Source: Octopus vulgaris
Taxonomy: Eukaryota
Direction: 5' to 3'
NCBI GenBank assembly: GCA_951406725.2
Contig: OX597818.1
Span: forward strand, 33,666,001-33,730,000
DNA: 64,000 nucleotides
The notes under the pieces were generated by a model that made no database searches, had not been told where the DNA came from, and saw only the letters and a list, made by a program, of their open reading frames with translations. This document shows, in pieces, positions 28,838-41,577 of this stretch (the stretch's first letter is position 1; every line of letters begins with the position of its first letter). The position numbers were made by a program, and so were the translations under genes.

Positions 28838-29611
28838 GGAGACAGACATAATTTTGGCAATGAAAGTGTTGCCTCTGAAACTGTCATTGTTTCGTTCATT
28901 CGTTTATTTTTGTTGCAGACGTAATTGTTGTTCTGGATTTTTTTTTTTTTCATTGTTGAATATTCTACAGTAAATAACAATTCCCGAGGCGCACACAGAG
29001 CTGCAAGAATACGAAGTAATTCGTATCTATTCATTTTGAATAAGTTCTAACATATTTGAACGTGTATGCCTATCACTGTTTTTAATTCGTCATCAGAGGT
29101 CATGTCCTCACCTTAGACTCTGACTGTTCACAACGTTTGAGACGGCACAGTGTTTCAATCTTATACGTGTCTCTCCTCAGTCGAAGCTAACTCACAGAAA
29201 TGAATCTAAAAGGAGAACAAACTCTTGATTGTAGAAATCTGCAAAAATATGATGTGCTGATGAATGCTGATCTTTGGTGTCTGTTAAACCGATAACAACA
29301 ACGAGGTGCTTGCAGAACAGCGAGAATCCAAATAACAATCTCACTAACCGTTCTTACTACGATCTGTCAGATTCGAACGTGAGTATCTATTTGCTGTTGT
29401 TTTTTTTTTTTTTTTCAGTAGTGAATATCACCTTTGTTTAAACGATTTGTGATTATAACATACTGGATTCATTGGTGTAAGAGTAATTTGAGACACTACA
29501 ATGTTTCGATCTTATTGCGTGTATCCTCAGTTAAAGCCCACCCGGACCAATGAATCTGACAAGAGTAGAGGCGTTATTTATAGAAATCATCAAGCAAGTT
29601 ATTTGACAAAT

Positions 29612-29880
29612 ACTCTTTTACTTGTTTCAGTCATTTGACTGTGGCCATGCTGGAGCACCGCATTTTAGTTGGACACACAAACATATTTACACACATACAT
29701 ATATATACACATATACGACGGGCTTCTTTCAGTTTCCGTCTACCAAATCCACTCACATGGCTTTGGTCGGCCTGAGGCTATAGTAGAAGACACCTCCCCA
29801 AGGTGCCACGCAGTGGGAATGTACCCGGAACCATGTGGTTGGCAAGCAAGCTATTTACCACACAGCCACTCCAGTGCCTA
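29612..29880 (-). mobile_element. SINE family A (internally deleted)
   Basis: Head (taggcactggagtggctgtgtggtaa on the minus strand) and tail (gctccagcatggccacagtcaaatgactgaaacaagtaaaagag) are both present. Confidence 0.9.
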
Positions 29881-31291
29881 TAATAGATAATAATTTATGT
29901 GCGTACAGAATTTTTTATGAAATATAGAGAACATTCAATTAGTATTTCATAAACGAAGAGTAGAATTGTCAACTAGTATTGAATACTATATTTAATGTCG
30001 CTGTTATTGCTGTAATTGTTGTGTAACTTCAACTAATTAGAATAATGGCCAATAGCATTCCAGCCGTGACCATGAAATTTTCTTTTTCTAGATCACTGTA
30101 CCATGGATGAGTCTAATCTAGATATGTTGTGTATTTCATTAGAGTAGGGCTCCAGAGTAGTTGATACTGCATATCAGTGAAGGTGTTATAATTATTACTA
30201 AATAAAGATTTTCTCTCTATTTACCTTGATGATGGATCATCCATCAATTTCGTTAATGACTTTTAGGTTGTTCGATCAACTGAAATATCGATCTGAGTAA
30301 TTAATATGTAAGTAACTAATTATTCCTCAGATTTCTGCACTTCTGATAGTAATTCTAGAGTAGTATTAACTGGGTAGAATAGCAAAAAGTCCCTTAAGTC
30401 CTTGGGGGTCGTTGAGGCGCTGCAGCAATGCAACATATCTGGGGTGAGAAAGCCTGGTGTAAACCCATCCCTCTCCAGGCTAAATTCATTTCTATAGCTG
30501 ATTCGACTGAAACAACATCAAATGGAGTGTTTTGCTCAAGAAAGCAATGGATCACCCGCTCTAGGGATCGAAACCCTAACCACTAAGCGACACATCTCCA
30601 CTCGTGGTACTCATTTCTACAGGTAAGTAAAGTAGTGCAACGTGAAGTGAAATGTTTTGCTCAAGAAAAAACGCACCGCCAAGTCCAGAAATCGAAATCA
30701 CAGTCTTACAATCGTGAGTCCCAGACCCTAACTGCTAAGCCACGCGCCGCCTGCTGGGCAGAATATTTGACTGTAAAAGCCTTTCAAATTACATGTCTAG
30801 TCCATCAAACTTACTTCCACAGAGTTTTTATAAATCTAATTTTACCCACAAGTCAAAAATCGAGTGGAGACTGTGGCAAAGTACACTTTCCCTAACCGCA
30901 TGCGCTGTGATCGAAAACGTAAACTCACTGTTGCAAAGAAACATTCTTAAACATTCTGCTATGCTTTCATCCACGCAGTGTATCTAACGTTACATTATCC
31001 TTAGTGTACCTAAGATAAAATATTACTTAATCTCTTAACCAATAGAAGCTCCTGTCTTGCTCCAAATGACTGAGATGATGTTAATGACAGGGGATTAAAA
31101 TAAAGCTGAAACAACCAGTCTGCTAAACTTCTGAGATCGATTGGATCACTGTGGGTTAATAATACTAAGTGTTTCCCAAGAAAAAAGGCCCGTAGCGAAT
31201 CCCACGTTCCAGTGTGCAGGAAACCCCTAAAAATAAATAGACATTTTATTGTGACCATACCAGCTTCCAGTGCTCATGTTGAATGTATGTT

Positions 31292-31327
<36 letters not shown>

Positions 31328-34269
31328 TCACACATATATTCACGCACACTCACATTTATAACATAAATGACTTGATTGAGAATCCAAATTTCACTTTGAC
31401 CGCTTTTTCAACCAATCTGATCAATAATTTTCACCCTTCTTACATTCTTCTTACGTTGTACAATCGGATAATCAGTGTTTTTTGTTATTTCCTATACCTG
31501 CTACTGATTAATAAGGCTAAATATTACTTCTATATTGCACTGAGAATCTAGAATTTATCGTCCAGAAAAGAAGGATCGATATATAGAGAGATTATGGAGT
31601 ACTAAAAAATTTGGTTCTTTTTTTTTTAAACCATCCTTATTTTTCACAAAACATGTAAGCCGGAAAGTAAACGCTGAATAGAACATGTCATAATTTATCG
31701 TGATGAAAAATGCAATCAATAACAATATTTTTTGAAAATATTCAAGATATGAACCCAGTCCACTGACCCACTTCTGGCAGATTATAGGACCTTTGTGTCT
31801 AATCAAATGTAAACTGTATGTGAGGAAATTCAAGTTCCCTGCAATTAATTTAAATTTTGGAAATATTTATAGTTTATTCAGAGAGTAAGGAATCGCTTAT
31901 AAATTTTTGCAGGAATTAGGAGTCTGGTGTAGGCGGAATGAATGCAGCGTCATAAAAGAGTCGGTTATCATGCCTTGCTTTATTTTTTTATGAAAAATTA
32001 CTCCTCAAAAATGTTTATCAATGTTGATAATCAACAAGAAAGAACTGGCACACAAGTTCCGTTTCAATATACGCAGAAATAGTTTCGGAATTAACACTCT
32101 CAATTAATATACATCTAATTAATTTATCTGATTGTTCTAATTTAGGTACACGTGCAGCAATTTTGATGGAATGGATTTACTCAAAAATGTCAATAACATT
32201 ACTTGACTGTCACACTATCTTATCAACCTTTGAGGGATGAAATGCGATATTGACCTTACTAGGATTTGAACTTAGAACGTAGAGTAGTGAAACTAGATAC
32301 TTCGAGGCTCCAGTCAGTCCATTGCTCTAATGCAGCTGATTAATAAAATATATAAAATGGAATGTATGTGTTTGCTTGACAAACGTTTAGATTACCTGTT
32401 CTCTCAGCACAGCGACTTATTCAATTTTGCGAAATGTATTAATTGATTTTTGCCTCCATAGACCATGCCTGTTGCCATGGTTTCCAGTCAATATTCTTTG
32501 ATGGTTAAGAGAATCCCATTGTGACTAGTTGGAATAAATATTGGAGACCTAGAAATAATTTGAAGAAGGAAAAGGTGCACGAGAGGGAGAAAGCGAGAGC
32601 AAGAGAGAGAAAGTAATAGATAAAGAAGCTTAGAATGAATAAATTTTAAACAGTAAGAAGGGAGAAAATATTTATATTCATGCATTTGCAATCATTTTCA
32701 ATCAAGAGCATTCACCTCTAGAATATTTGAGCAAATTTCATCGTTTCTCCACAAAACTTCATAACAACAATATCAAGGCAAATAAAGGAAAACAATGGAA
32801 AATAAAATTGGCTCACAAATGTTCGACCAGAGTCGAGGATAAGTATTGTGTCTAAAGGAGAATGTTACTAGCAAATATGAACTTGCAAGAGGGAATGTTT
32901 ACTTTCTTAAAAATTCTCTTTCAACGTATTCACCTTAGGATAAGAAATGATGTATTGTGTTGATTCTGTTGAGGTGCATAAAATAGCACATTTACCACGG
33001 TGTAACCTTTTTCTCTCGTTTCATCGATCCAGTATATAAAGTTCTAATAACTCCATTTATGTTTGCTATCTGGTCCATTTACTGCCTTGGGGAATCTATT
33101 TACGACTAACTGCTATCACAACTAATATAGCTGAGAGTCTTGTAAACTTTATCATGTAACAAATTTGTACGAGAATATCTCTTGTCAGAAAAGCAAATTT
33201 GATTGTTCGCTTCTTTATGTTCCCTTCCACTTAGCAAAGTACTATATTTTCCTTAGAAAATACAAAGGAAAATCCTTTTATGCATGTGTGTGTGCGTGTG
33301 TATTTGTATGTGTGTCCATCTGACTGTTCTATATTCCTGTGTCTGTATAGAAATAACAGTATTAGGTACGAAGAGTTAATCTATACATTAGCTATGTGAA
33401 TATATACATAATTTACACTACATTTGTATTGGACATTCAATTCTTGTCGATGTCTAAATGTATGTTAATGTTTATATATGTACGTATTTGTGTACGTAAT
33501 GCTGTGAGAGAGATCATCACCTAAAGCATGGTTACTATATACATATATACACACATATGCACACACATACTCACACAAACACACACATATATAGTTTGCC
33601 CGCTTAAAGTTGTAATGTCCCCTTGATGTAATGGTTAGCATGGTTATGCAGCTCACCTCTTAAATGATGTTTGATTCCAATAAACTGTGTTACAGCATTT
33701 TTCTGTTTTCTTCCATATTAGACGGTTTGTTATATTTTAGAAAAATACATGATCTTGGCCAAATCTGTCCATATTCAACTTGTTCGAACAGCTATACTAC
33801 AAAGCTCATTGATTTAGCATTTATTGTAATCCTTTGTGGAATCGGCGAGACGCGGTGTTACAAGGCTGGACCCTCAGCATATAGGTACGGTTCAACCAAT
33901 GGTTTTCTGTTCAGTTTCTGTCAACCTATTTTCACTCACAAATTATGCGTTGACCCAAGGCTCCGAAAATTGACAGTTGCCTCAGATAATGTTGTGTTAA
34001 ATCCACAAGTATTTTTTCATTCTCTCCCTTTTTTTTTCATACTTCTTTCTGCTGAAGAGCGTAGACTTGAAATGTAAAGACGTACTTTCCCGAGCGTCAA
34101 ACAAATACACCTGCTTGTTGTTCATAAACCTGTCTTCGTCTTCTGCTTTTCTGTAAATTTCAACTTTATATATATATTATATATAGAGATATATATATAA
34201 CGAAAAAGGAGGCAGTCGGAATTTTGGATAATTTTTATTAGATCTTTCGTTCGTTTAACCGTTCGTTTA

Positions 34270-34451
34270 AAGGGGTCACGAAAGGCTTGGTTGGAGGCGC
34301 AACATTCTGTGCTGGGCATAGAAAAAGCTGAAGGACTGCTGCAATAAGTATGTGAATCTGAGAGAGAAATATGTTGCATAAAATCATAATTAACTGATGG
34401 CCCTTTAATTATTTGTACTCCCATCCAGGAACATTTCGGCACCCCTTCGTA
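34270..34451 (+). mobile_element. mariner 3'-end remnant with right TIR
   Basis: KAWLEAQ...KLKDCCNKYVNLREKYVA* resembles a mariner C-terminus. It ends ccaggaacatttcggcaccccttcg-TA. Confidence 0.7.
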
Positions 34452-35005
34452 TGTATCTATATACATATATGTATATATACATACAAAAACAATTCGCCCC
34501 AAAAGCATATATATATATATATATATATATAATAATATATATATATATATATACTACAGACGCTAACGTCGAACAATGACAATGAGTTCTGAATATTGCA
34601 TTTGTGAATTAATATTCTTTATATGCGATTTAACGAGACTACTATTGTTTTCATGCCTAGAATTCTTACAAATTACCAAGCCTGCCACATGGTCTCTGTT
34701 CATGTGGGGGAGTTGTATGTGTGTGTATGTCTGTGTTTTTTCTGCACACGCGTACGTGTTGTTTATATTCTTATAGAAGAAAGTCTAAGCTGTAGTTGTG
34801 TTTACGACTGCATCGGCTAAAACAACATCGGTTTCATTGTTTGTGCCACGTGAATTAGTGGATCAACGAACAGAGTTAGATAAGGTAAGTATCAAATTAA
34901 AATATCTACTAAATTTTGATTTCATAATGAGAGAAAAACATTGAAAATGGTAACCCATGTTTGACATTCTTCAATTAATGAAACCAGTTACAAAATAAAT
35001 GCATG

Positions 35006-35038
<33 letters not shown>

Positions 35039-35092
35039 GCCCCAACATGGCCACAGCTCGTGAGCTGAAACTAGATAAAGATAAAGATAAAG

Positions 35093-35153
<61 letters not shown>

Positions 35154-35175
35154 TGCATACTCAATATAAAATAGT

Positions 35176-35335
35176 ATACATTTTATCGAGAATATGTTGT
35201 CTATTGACTTTTTATACATGCTAGGCTACTGGTGGTAAAATTTCTAAAAATATTCGCCATCCTGTATATTTCACGTATTTATAAATATATATATATAAAA
35301 TTTCTAAAAATATTCGCCATCCTATATATTTTACG

Positions 35336-35367
<32 letters not shown>

Positions 35368-35487
35368 CGTGAAATATACAGGATGTCGAATATTTTTAGA
35401 AATTTCACCACCGGTGGCCTAGCATGTATAAAAAGTCGATAAAATGTAAAAAGTCAATAGACAACATATTCTCGATAAAATGTATAT
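35176..35487. repeat. Inverted repeat centred on (TA)n
   Basis: 35176-35283 is the reverse complement of ~35360-35487, with a few mismatches and a short insertion. There is an internal partial direct duplication at 35297-35340. Confidence 0.9.
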
Positions 35488-35924
35488 AGAATATAGATTA
35501 GTTTACGCAAATATATCCACCAAGCAGTTCTTTAGAAATATATCTGCATTCCTGGTTTTCTGTACCAGTTTTATAGTGAAAATAGAATTCTTTTAAAATG
35601 CGTAGAATATCTATTTTGTGCATTAATTTTATTAATTTCCGGCTCATTAGCAAAATGCTTAAAGTGTTTTACACAGATGCGCATCCATGTCTCTATTTCT
35701 AATTACGAATTACAAATTTTTTTTAATAATCTCATTAACCCATTTGATATATCTAATAGCTACTTCATCTTATAAAATCCTTCAAATTCATTTCCACCTG
35801 CGCTCAGTCTAAGACGAAGCTCCAATAAACTACATACACACAAAGACTAACATAAAGTAGTTAATAAGTTAGTTGAAGGGTTGGTTATTTGGTTCGTTAG
35901 TCAGCTAGCTAGCTAGCTAATTAG

Positions 35925-35926
35925 CC

Positions 35927-35999
<73 letters not shown>

Positions 36000-36030
36000 G
36001 TTAGTTAGTTAACTAGTTAACTGGTTAGTT
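35925..36030. repeat. (TTAG)n microsatellite
   Basis: Direct inspection. Confidence 0.9.
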
Positions 36031-36394
36031 ACTCATTTACGTACGTAATTACTTGATTTTTAGCTTATTAATTTAGACGGGAAATCAGTAAAGATGGCAA
36101 TTTCTAGGCTCTTCAAACATGGTGGAAGTGTAGGGAAGTATATATTTTCAAAAGAGGAATGCGACCAAAATTCTAGTACGTACGTGTAAGTAAGTCCTCG
36201 CGTTTGTGTTCATTTTCGCAGGTTAACAACTGGTGTATTTTCGACCCCGTGACGTAGCGGTGCAGGGAAACAATCCAATAGAACAAAACTTTCTTTCAAA
36301 AATAAATGTTGACTACACACTTCAAGGCTGTACCCTAGCTTACCCGCTAGTGCAAGACTACAAGAAGGACAATATAAATACATGTATGTGTGTA

Positions 36395-36489
<95 letters not shown>

Positions 36490-36652
36490 GTTATCGCCAT
36501 ACTAATATGGCATTCTTATAAAAATAAGAAAAAAGCTGTCCGCTTATTAGCTCCATGAGGCCATCGCCTTAAGTTAGCTATTTGATACACAAACTGTATC
36601 CATATAACCTTCGAACAAGGGAGGTCAGTCGCTCCACACTACTTGACCGGCA

Positions 36653-36694
36653 GCTACAGATGCGTTTCGGAGTATTGCCCCTTTTCAATGCAGC
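36653..36694 (-). ncRNA. Type I hammerhead ribozyme, unit 1 (stem III palindrome mutated, AUC triplet)
   Basis: Minus strand reads GCUGCA UUGAAAA GGGG-CAAUA-CUCC GAAA CGCAUC UGUAGC. Confidence 0.7.
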
Positions 36695-37014
36695 GTAGCC
36701 AGCCAGTAGGTGTCGCTTCCGACAATCTCTGTTCGATGCTTTTATTTACCTAGTTTCGGTGGAATACATCCACTTGTTTTCAATAATAGAAATATTAAAA
36801 TAACTAAGTCTCTCTAAAAGAGAACAACGGCAGCGTTCCCGGAAAATAATAGTTATCGCCATACTAATATGGCATTCTTATAAAAATAAGAAAAAAGCTG
36901 TCCGCTTATTAGCTCCATGAGGCCATCGCCTTAAGTTAGCTATTTGATACACAAACTGTATCCATATAACCTTCGAACAAGGGAGGTCAGTCGCTCCACA
37001 CTACTTGACCGGCA

Positions 37015-37056
37015 GCTACAGACGCGTTTCGGAGTATTGCCCCTTTTCAATGCAGC
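37015..37056 (-). ncRNA. Minimal type I hammerhead ribozyme, U3-A8 core variant, unit 2
   Basis: Minus strand reads GCUGCA|UUGAAAA|GGGG CAAUA CUCC|GAAA CGCG UC^UGUAGC. Stem I is GCUGCA/UGUAGC, extended by UGGCUGGC/GCCGGUCA and CUAC/GUAG. Stem III is the palindrome ACGCGU and the cleavage triplet is GUC. Confidence 0.85.
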
Positions 37057-37376
37057 GTAGCCAGCCAGTAGGTGTCGCTTCCGACAATCTCTGTTCGATG
37101 GTTTTATTTACCTAGTTTCGGTGCAATACATCCACTTGTTTTCAATAATAGAAATATTAAAATAACTAAGTCTCTCTAAAAGAGAACAGCGGCAGCGTTC
37201 CCGGAAAATAATAGTTATCGCCATACTAATATGGCATTCTTATAAAAATAAGAAAAAAGCTGTCCGCTTATTAGCTCCATGAGGCCATCGCCTTAAGTTA
37301 GCTATTTGATACACAAACTGTATCCATATAACCTTCGAACAAGGGAGGTCAGTCGCTCCACACTACTTGAGCGGCA

Positions 37377-37418
37377 GCTACAGACGCGTTTCGGAGTATT
37401 GCCCCTTTTCAATGCAGC
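37377..37418 (-). ncRNA. Minimal type I hammerhead ribozyme, U3-A8 core variant, unit 3
   Basis: Core identical to 37015-37056. Confidence 0.85.
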
Positions 37419-38097
37419 GTAGCCAGCCAGTAGGTGTCGCTTCCGACAATCTCTGTTCGATGGTTTTATTTACCTAGTTTCGGTGGAATACATCCACTTG
37501 TTTTCAATAATAGAAATATTAAAATAACTAAGTCTCTCTAAAAGGGGCAATACTCCGAAACGCGTCTGTAGCTGCCGGTCAAGTAGTGTGGAGCGACTGA
37601 CCTCCCTTGTTCGAAGGTTATATGGATACAGTTTGTGTATCAAATAGCTAACTTAAGGCGATGGCCTCATGGAGCTAATAAGCGGACAGCTTTTTTCTTA
37701 TTTTTATAAGAATGCCATATTAGTATGGCGATAACTATTATTTTCCGGGAACGCTGCCGCTCTTCTCTTTTAGAGAGACTTAGTTATTTTAATATTTCTA
37801 TTATATATATATATATACATCTTATATATTTGTGGTTTTCGTCACTGTTTACAATTATCTTCAAAAAGATTTTTTTAATGTATCGTATAGATGTATTATT
37901 TGACGCTGAATCCGAATTTGATATTCATTTACTCCAGAAAAGTTTTACAGAAGTGTAACAGGTGTTCAAATTTTGAAAATTTTCAGTATTTTCAGCCCAT
38001 CAGAAAACAACAGGTTCGCTGCCTCTTCCATCATTGGAGCAGGGGCATCGGCATGTCAAAACATTAAACTAGCTACAGTAAACAGTGAATAAAAAGA

Positions 38098-38280
38098 AAA
38101 CATTCGCGAGCAAATTAAATATTTAAAAGCCACGAACAAACCAACACGAGTTGTAAGAAATAACAGTCAAAATATAAAAATATATTCATGCAAATTTAAC
38201 ATTAAAACATTCGCGAGCGAATTAAGCATTTAAAAGCTACGAACAAACCAACAGAAATTGCTAAAAATAACAATCAAAGC
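38098..38280. repeat. Diverged ~108-bp tandem duplication
   Basis: aaacattcgcgagc(a/g)aattaa...tttaaaagc.acgaacaaaccaaca occurs at ~38098 and ~38206. Confidence 0.8.
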
Positions 38281-39014
38281 ATTATTTAAAACTGGTATTT
38301 ATTTGTTTAAAAAAGTTTTAAATACACTCTAGGATTTTATAAAATAAATTATCATTCTCGTACATCTTTTTCCACCTAAATTCACGGAGATATGAGACAA
38401 CCATGGAACGGTGTGTCCCACACCAGCATTTGTTGCCTACATTCCTTGTGCGCATGCGCTGCATCTATGGTTACTATGGAAACAGAGTTCTTCGCAATCA
38501 GCTATGGAACATGTGATGCTGCTTTGCTTTGTATACTATGGAGACAGAGTTCTTCACCAGAGTGATGTGTAAAATATTCGATTCGGATTGGCTAAAATAC
38601 CCCAATTTTCCAAATTATAGGAAAAATAATTTCATTTTCATAATTAGTATACAAAACTTAATCCATATGTCAAATTTGAAAGCAATTTGAATAAAATTGT
38701 AAAGTGGCAGAGGAATATTACTACTAGTTTAACCCAAGGCGGCTCATCATCTACACGCACCTGCACAGTGAGGTGACAGTTAAGACCCGCATTCATCAGC
38801 GATATATTGTAAACAAATTGATTTGCATATATATATATATATATATGTCCCTTGTATTTGAATACTATGCAACTTTTAAATTTTTTTCTTTTAATTTCTC
38901 CCAAATTTAATTATTTTCCAGACATACAGTCGAAAAAATCTCAGTGACTGAAACCGGTACTGAAATGTTTTATATAATATTATTTTAGCATTTCCTACCT
39001 TGACTTTTTTTGCC

Positions 39015-39111
<97 letters not shown>

Positions 39112-40673
39112 TGTATGTATATATATATATATATATATACACAAATATATAAGCAATTCAAAAAAGGAGAGAAAAAGAAAAAAACAAACGTTTGGATGTG
39201 GCTTAAGGAATGTAATAATAAGACGCTCAGAGAAAGGAAAGTGTAAAAGTTTTACATTTCGAGCATAGCTCTTCTTCGGAAGAAACAGGAAAGTTCAAGA
39301 CGAAGGAGGAAAGAAATTCCCGACAATCTCGTGCAGTTACACATTTGAAGTAAATGACCGGGAGTAGGAATAAGGAGAAAATGCTTCCTGGAACAAGGGA
39401 TTACGAAAATTGTCAGTATGCGTGTACGCACGCGCACGCGTGAGTGTGCATTGTAGCGTGTGGTGTGTGTGTTAGCGTGTGTATGTATGGTAGCGTATTT
39501 CGTAGCGTATTTGTCTACGGTGTGTGTTTCGAGGAAATAAAAGAAGTTAAAAAAAAGTTGCGTATGTGTGTGTTTGTGTGTATAGATATACATACACACT
39601 TTTCAGTATCTATTGCGAAGAAGAGTTTAAACGGAAGAGGAAGTCGCTCATATTTGATTAACTTTGATTCTTTAATAATTCTGTATTATTAAACAAATTG
39701 ATTTTTATCTTTAAAAAATCATTCTCATATTCATACTTGTGAATAAGGCAGCTGTTGAAGCTAGGTACACACAATATAATTTGACTATTATAGCTATATA
39801 TTTTAGCAAAATTTAAATGAATATAATTAGCAATAATTATTTTCAGTACAGCAGAACAGGAAAAGGCGCTAATTTATTCAAATTGTTCAAAGCTACATCG
39901 CCTGTTGCGATTTCAAAACGTAAAATGATTCAAAACATTTGTACGACTCTATTATTCCTTCTATTCTTTTATTCTTTCCTTCTTTCTATCAGCCCTTTCA
40001 CACTTACTTCGTTCATTCCACTCCTCCGTCTTTCGTTTCCCCTCTCTCACATTTCCTGGACTTCTCTTCATGCTCACCTTCCATCCTCTTTCACTTCACT
40101 GTGTTCCTTTCATTTTTTCTCGCCCCTCCTTAATTCTTCTATCCCTATCCCTCTACCGCTACCTCTCTCTCTCTTTTCTCGCCACGTTACCGGTGTTCGG
40201 CCAAAACAGACCTTTCTCTCTTGGTTCGACTACCATCCGTGCAACATCTATATTTCTCCCTGTGCCTGTCAAATCTTAGGTCCCTGCCGTAAGGCTTTAC
40301 TTCCACACACGCCAGCTTAATTTACTTCGTACTTAGTCGAAAGACACCTGTTGTTATATCTTGATATTCGCATTTCTTTTTGTGTACCATTTCTCCGTTT
40401 TTTTCGTCCTTGTTTTCGCATACATTCGCTGCTTTCTTCCAAGGAATCTAATGCTCTTCGCTTAGTTTTATCTTAGGGCTAGCTAGATTGGAGCAATCTT
40501 GAGTATAACCAGCCGAAATTGCCAAGAAAATCTGGAACTCTACTGAGGAAAGAAATCTCCGAATGATACGTCCTTGTTTTCTGTGTATCGTCTATCTGGA
40601 TGTTTTGCGTTCTTGTCCTATTTTTATATATATGTGTGTGTGTATGTGTGTATGTCTGTATTTATGTAGATAT

Positions 40674-40707
<34 letters not shown>

Positions 40708-40712
40708 TGTAC

Positions 40713-40770
<58 letters not shown>

Positions 40771-40949
40771 GTGTGTGCGTGCGTGTGTATTCCTCTTATT
40801 CTTTTCTAGCGAAGAGCGTAGACTCGAAACGTGTAGGACTTTTCCATTTTTCCCGACCGTTAAACTGAAACATATGCTTGTTTTTCCTACAGCTGTCTTC
40901 GTCTTTTATTTTTCTGCAAATTTGAACTACATATATATATATATGAGAA

Positions 40950-41008
<59 letters not shown>

Positions 41009-41577
41009 CATACATACATACATACATACATACATACATACATACATACATACATACATACATACATACATACATACATACATACATACATACATACACT
41101 GTCTGTCTCCACCTGACAAGGTCAGGTGGAGACGGACAGTAAAAATGTTATGGTTTCGTCTGCGGACGACTGATGATGATGATGAGGTCTGTATTTATAT
41201 TTGAGTAAGTGTGTGTACGTCTGTGAGTGTGTATGTCTTTGCGGGTCAGTTTGTGTGTGCATGTATGAGTACATACATATGGAAATCTACTAAACTGCAA
41301 TATTTGTCTTCAGAAAGTTTCCCCTATAGACGTATCGTTTTAATAAGCACAGGAGTATATGTCTGGTAGGCATATATAATAGCTTCATCTCGAAATTAAA
41401 TTTGTTTATATGCTTTCATTGCCGATCATTCATTCCACTATTTCGGCATATTTTAGAAGCAGATATTTGCGTACCGCTACATTGTTCGCTTCTGTTAATA
41501 CAGTGCCAAAGAATTCAACACCGTCTCAATAGATAATTCTTTTGGATGAAATTTGTGGTAAAGTCCATTTAGATTGC

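Larger units (their letters stand above)
36484..37804 (-). mobile_element. Retrozyme/PLE-like element: ~3 tandem 362-bp units plus an inverted partial unit, inserted in (TA)n
   Basis: Units start at 36484, 36846 and 37208 (period 362) and are almost identical. An inverted copy spans 37540-37804, and (TA)n flanks both sides. Each unit carries an HHR on the minus strand. Confidence 0.88.

Noticed and set aside
35925-36030. Possible telomeric repeat
   Set aside because: The unit is TTAG, not TTAGG or TTAGGG, so it is an ordinary tetranucleotide microsatellite.
36484-37544. CRISPR-like or simple satellite interpretation of the tandem array
   Set aside because: There are no unique spacers or cas genes, the context is eukaryotic, whole units are repeated, and they carry an HHR.
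38925-38965. GAAACCGGTA palindrome resembling an HHR 3' half; likewise CTGAGGA...GAAT at ~40543-40565
   Set aside because: The cores are too degenerate to call from single copies.
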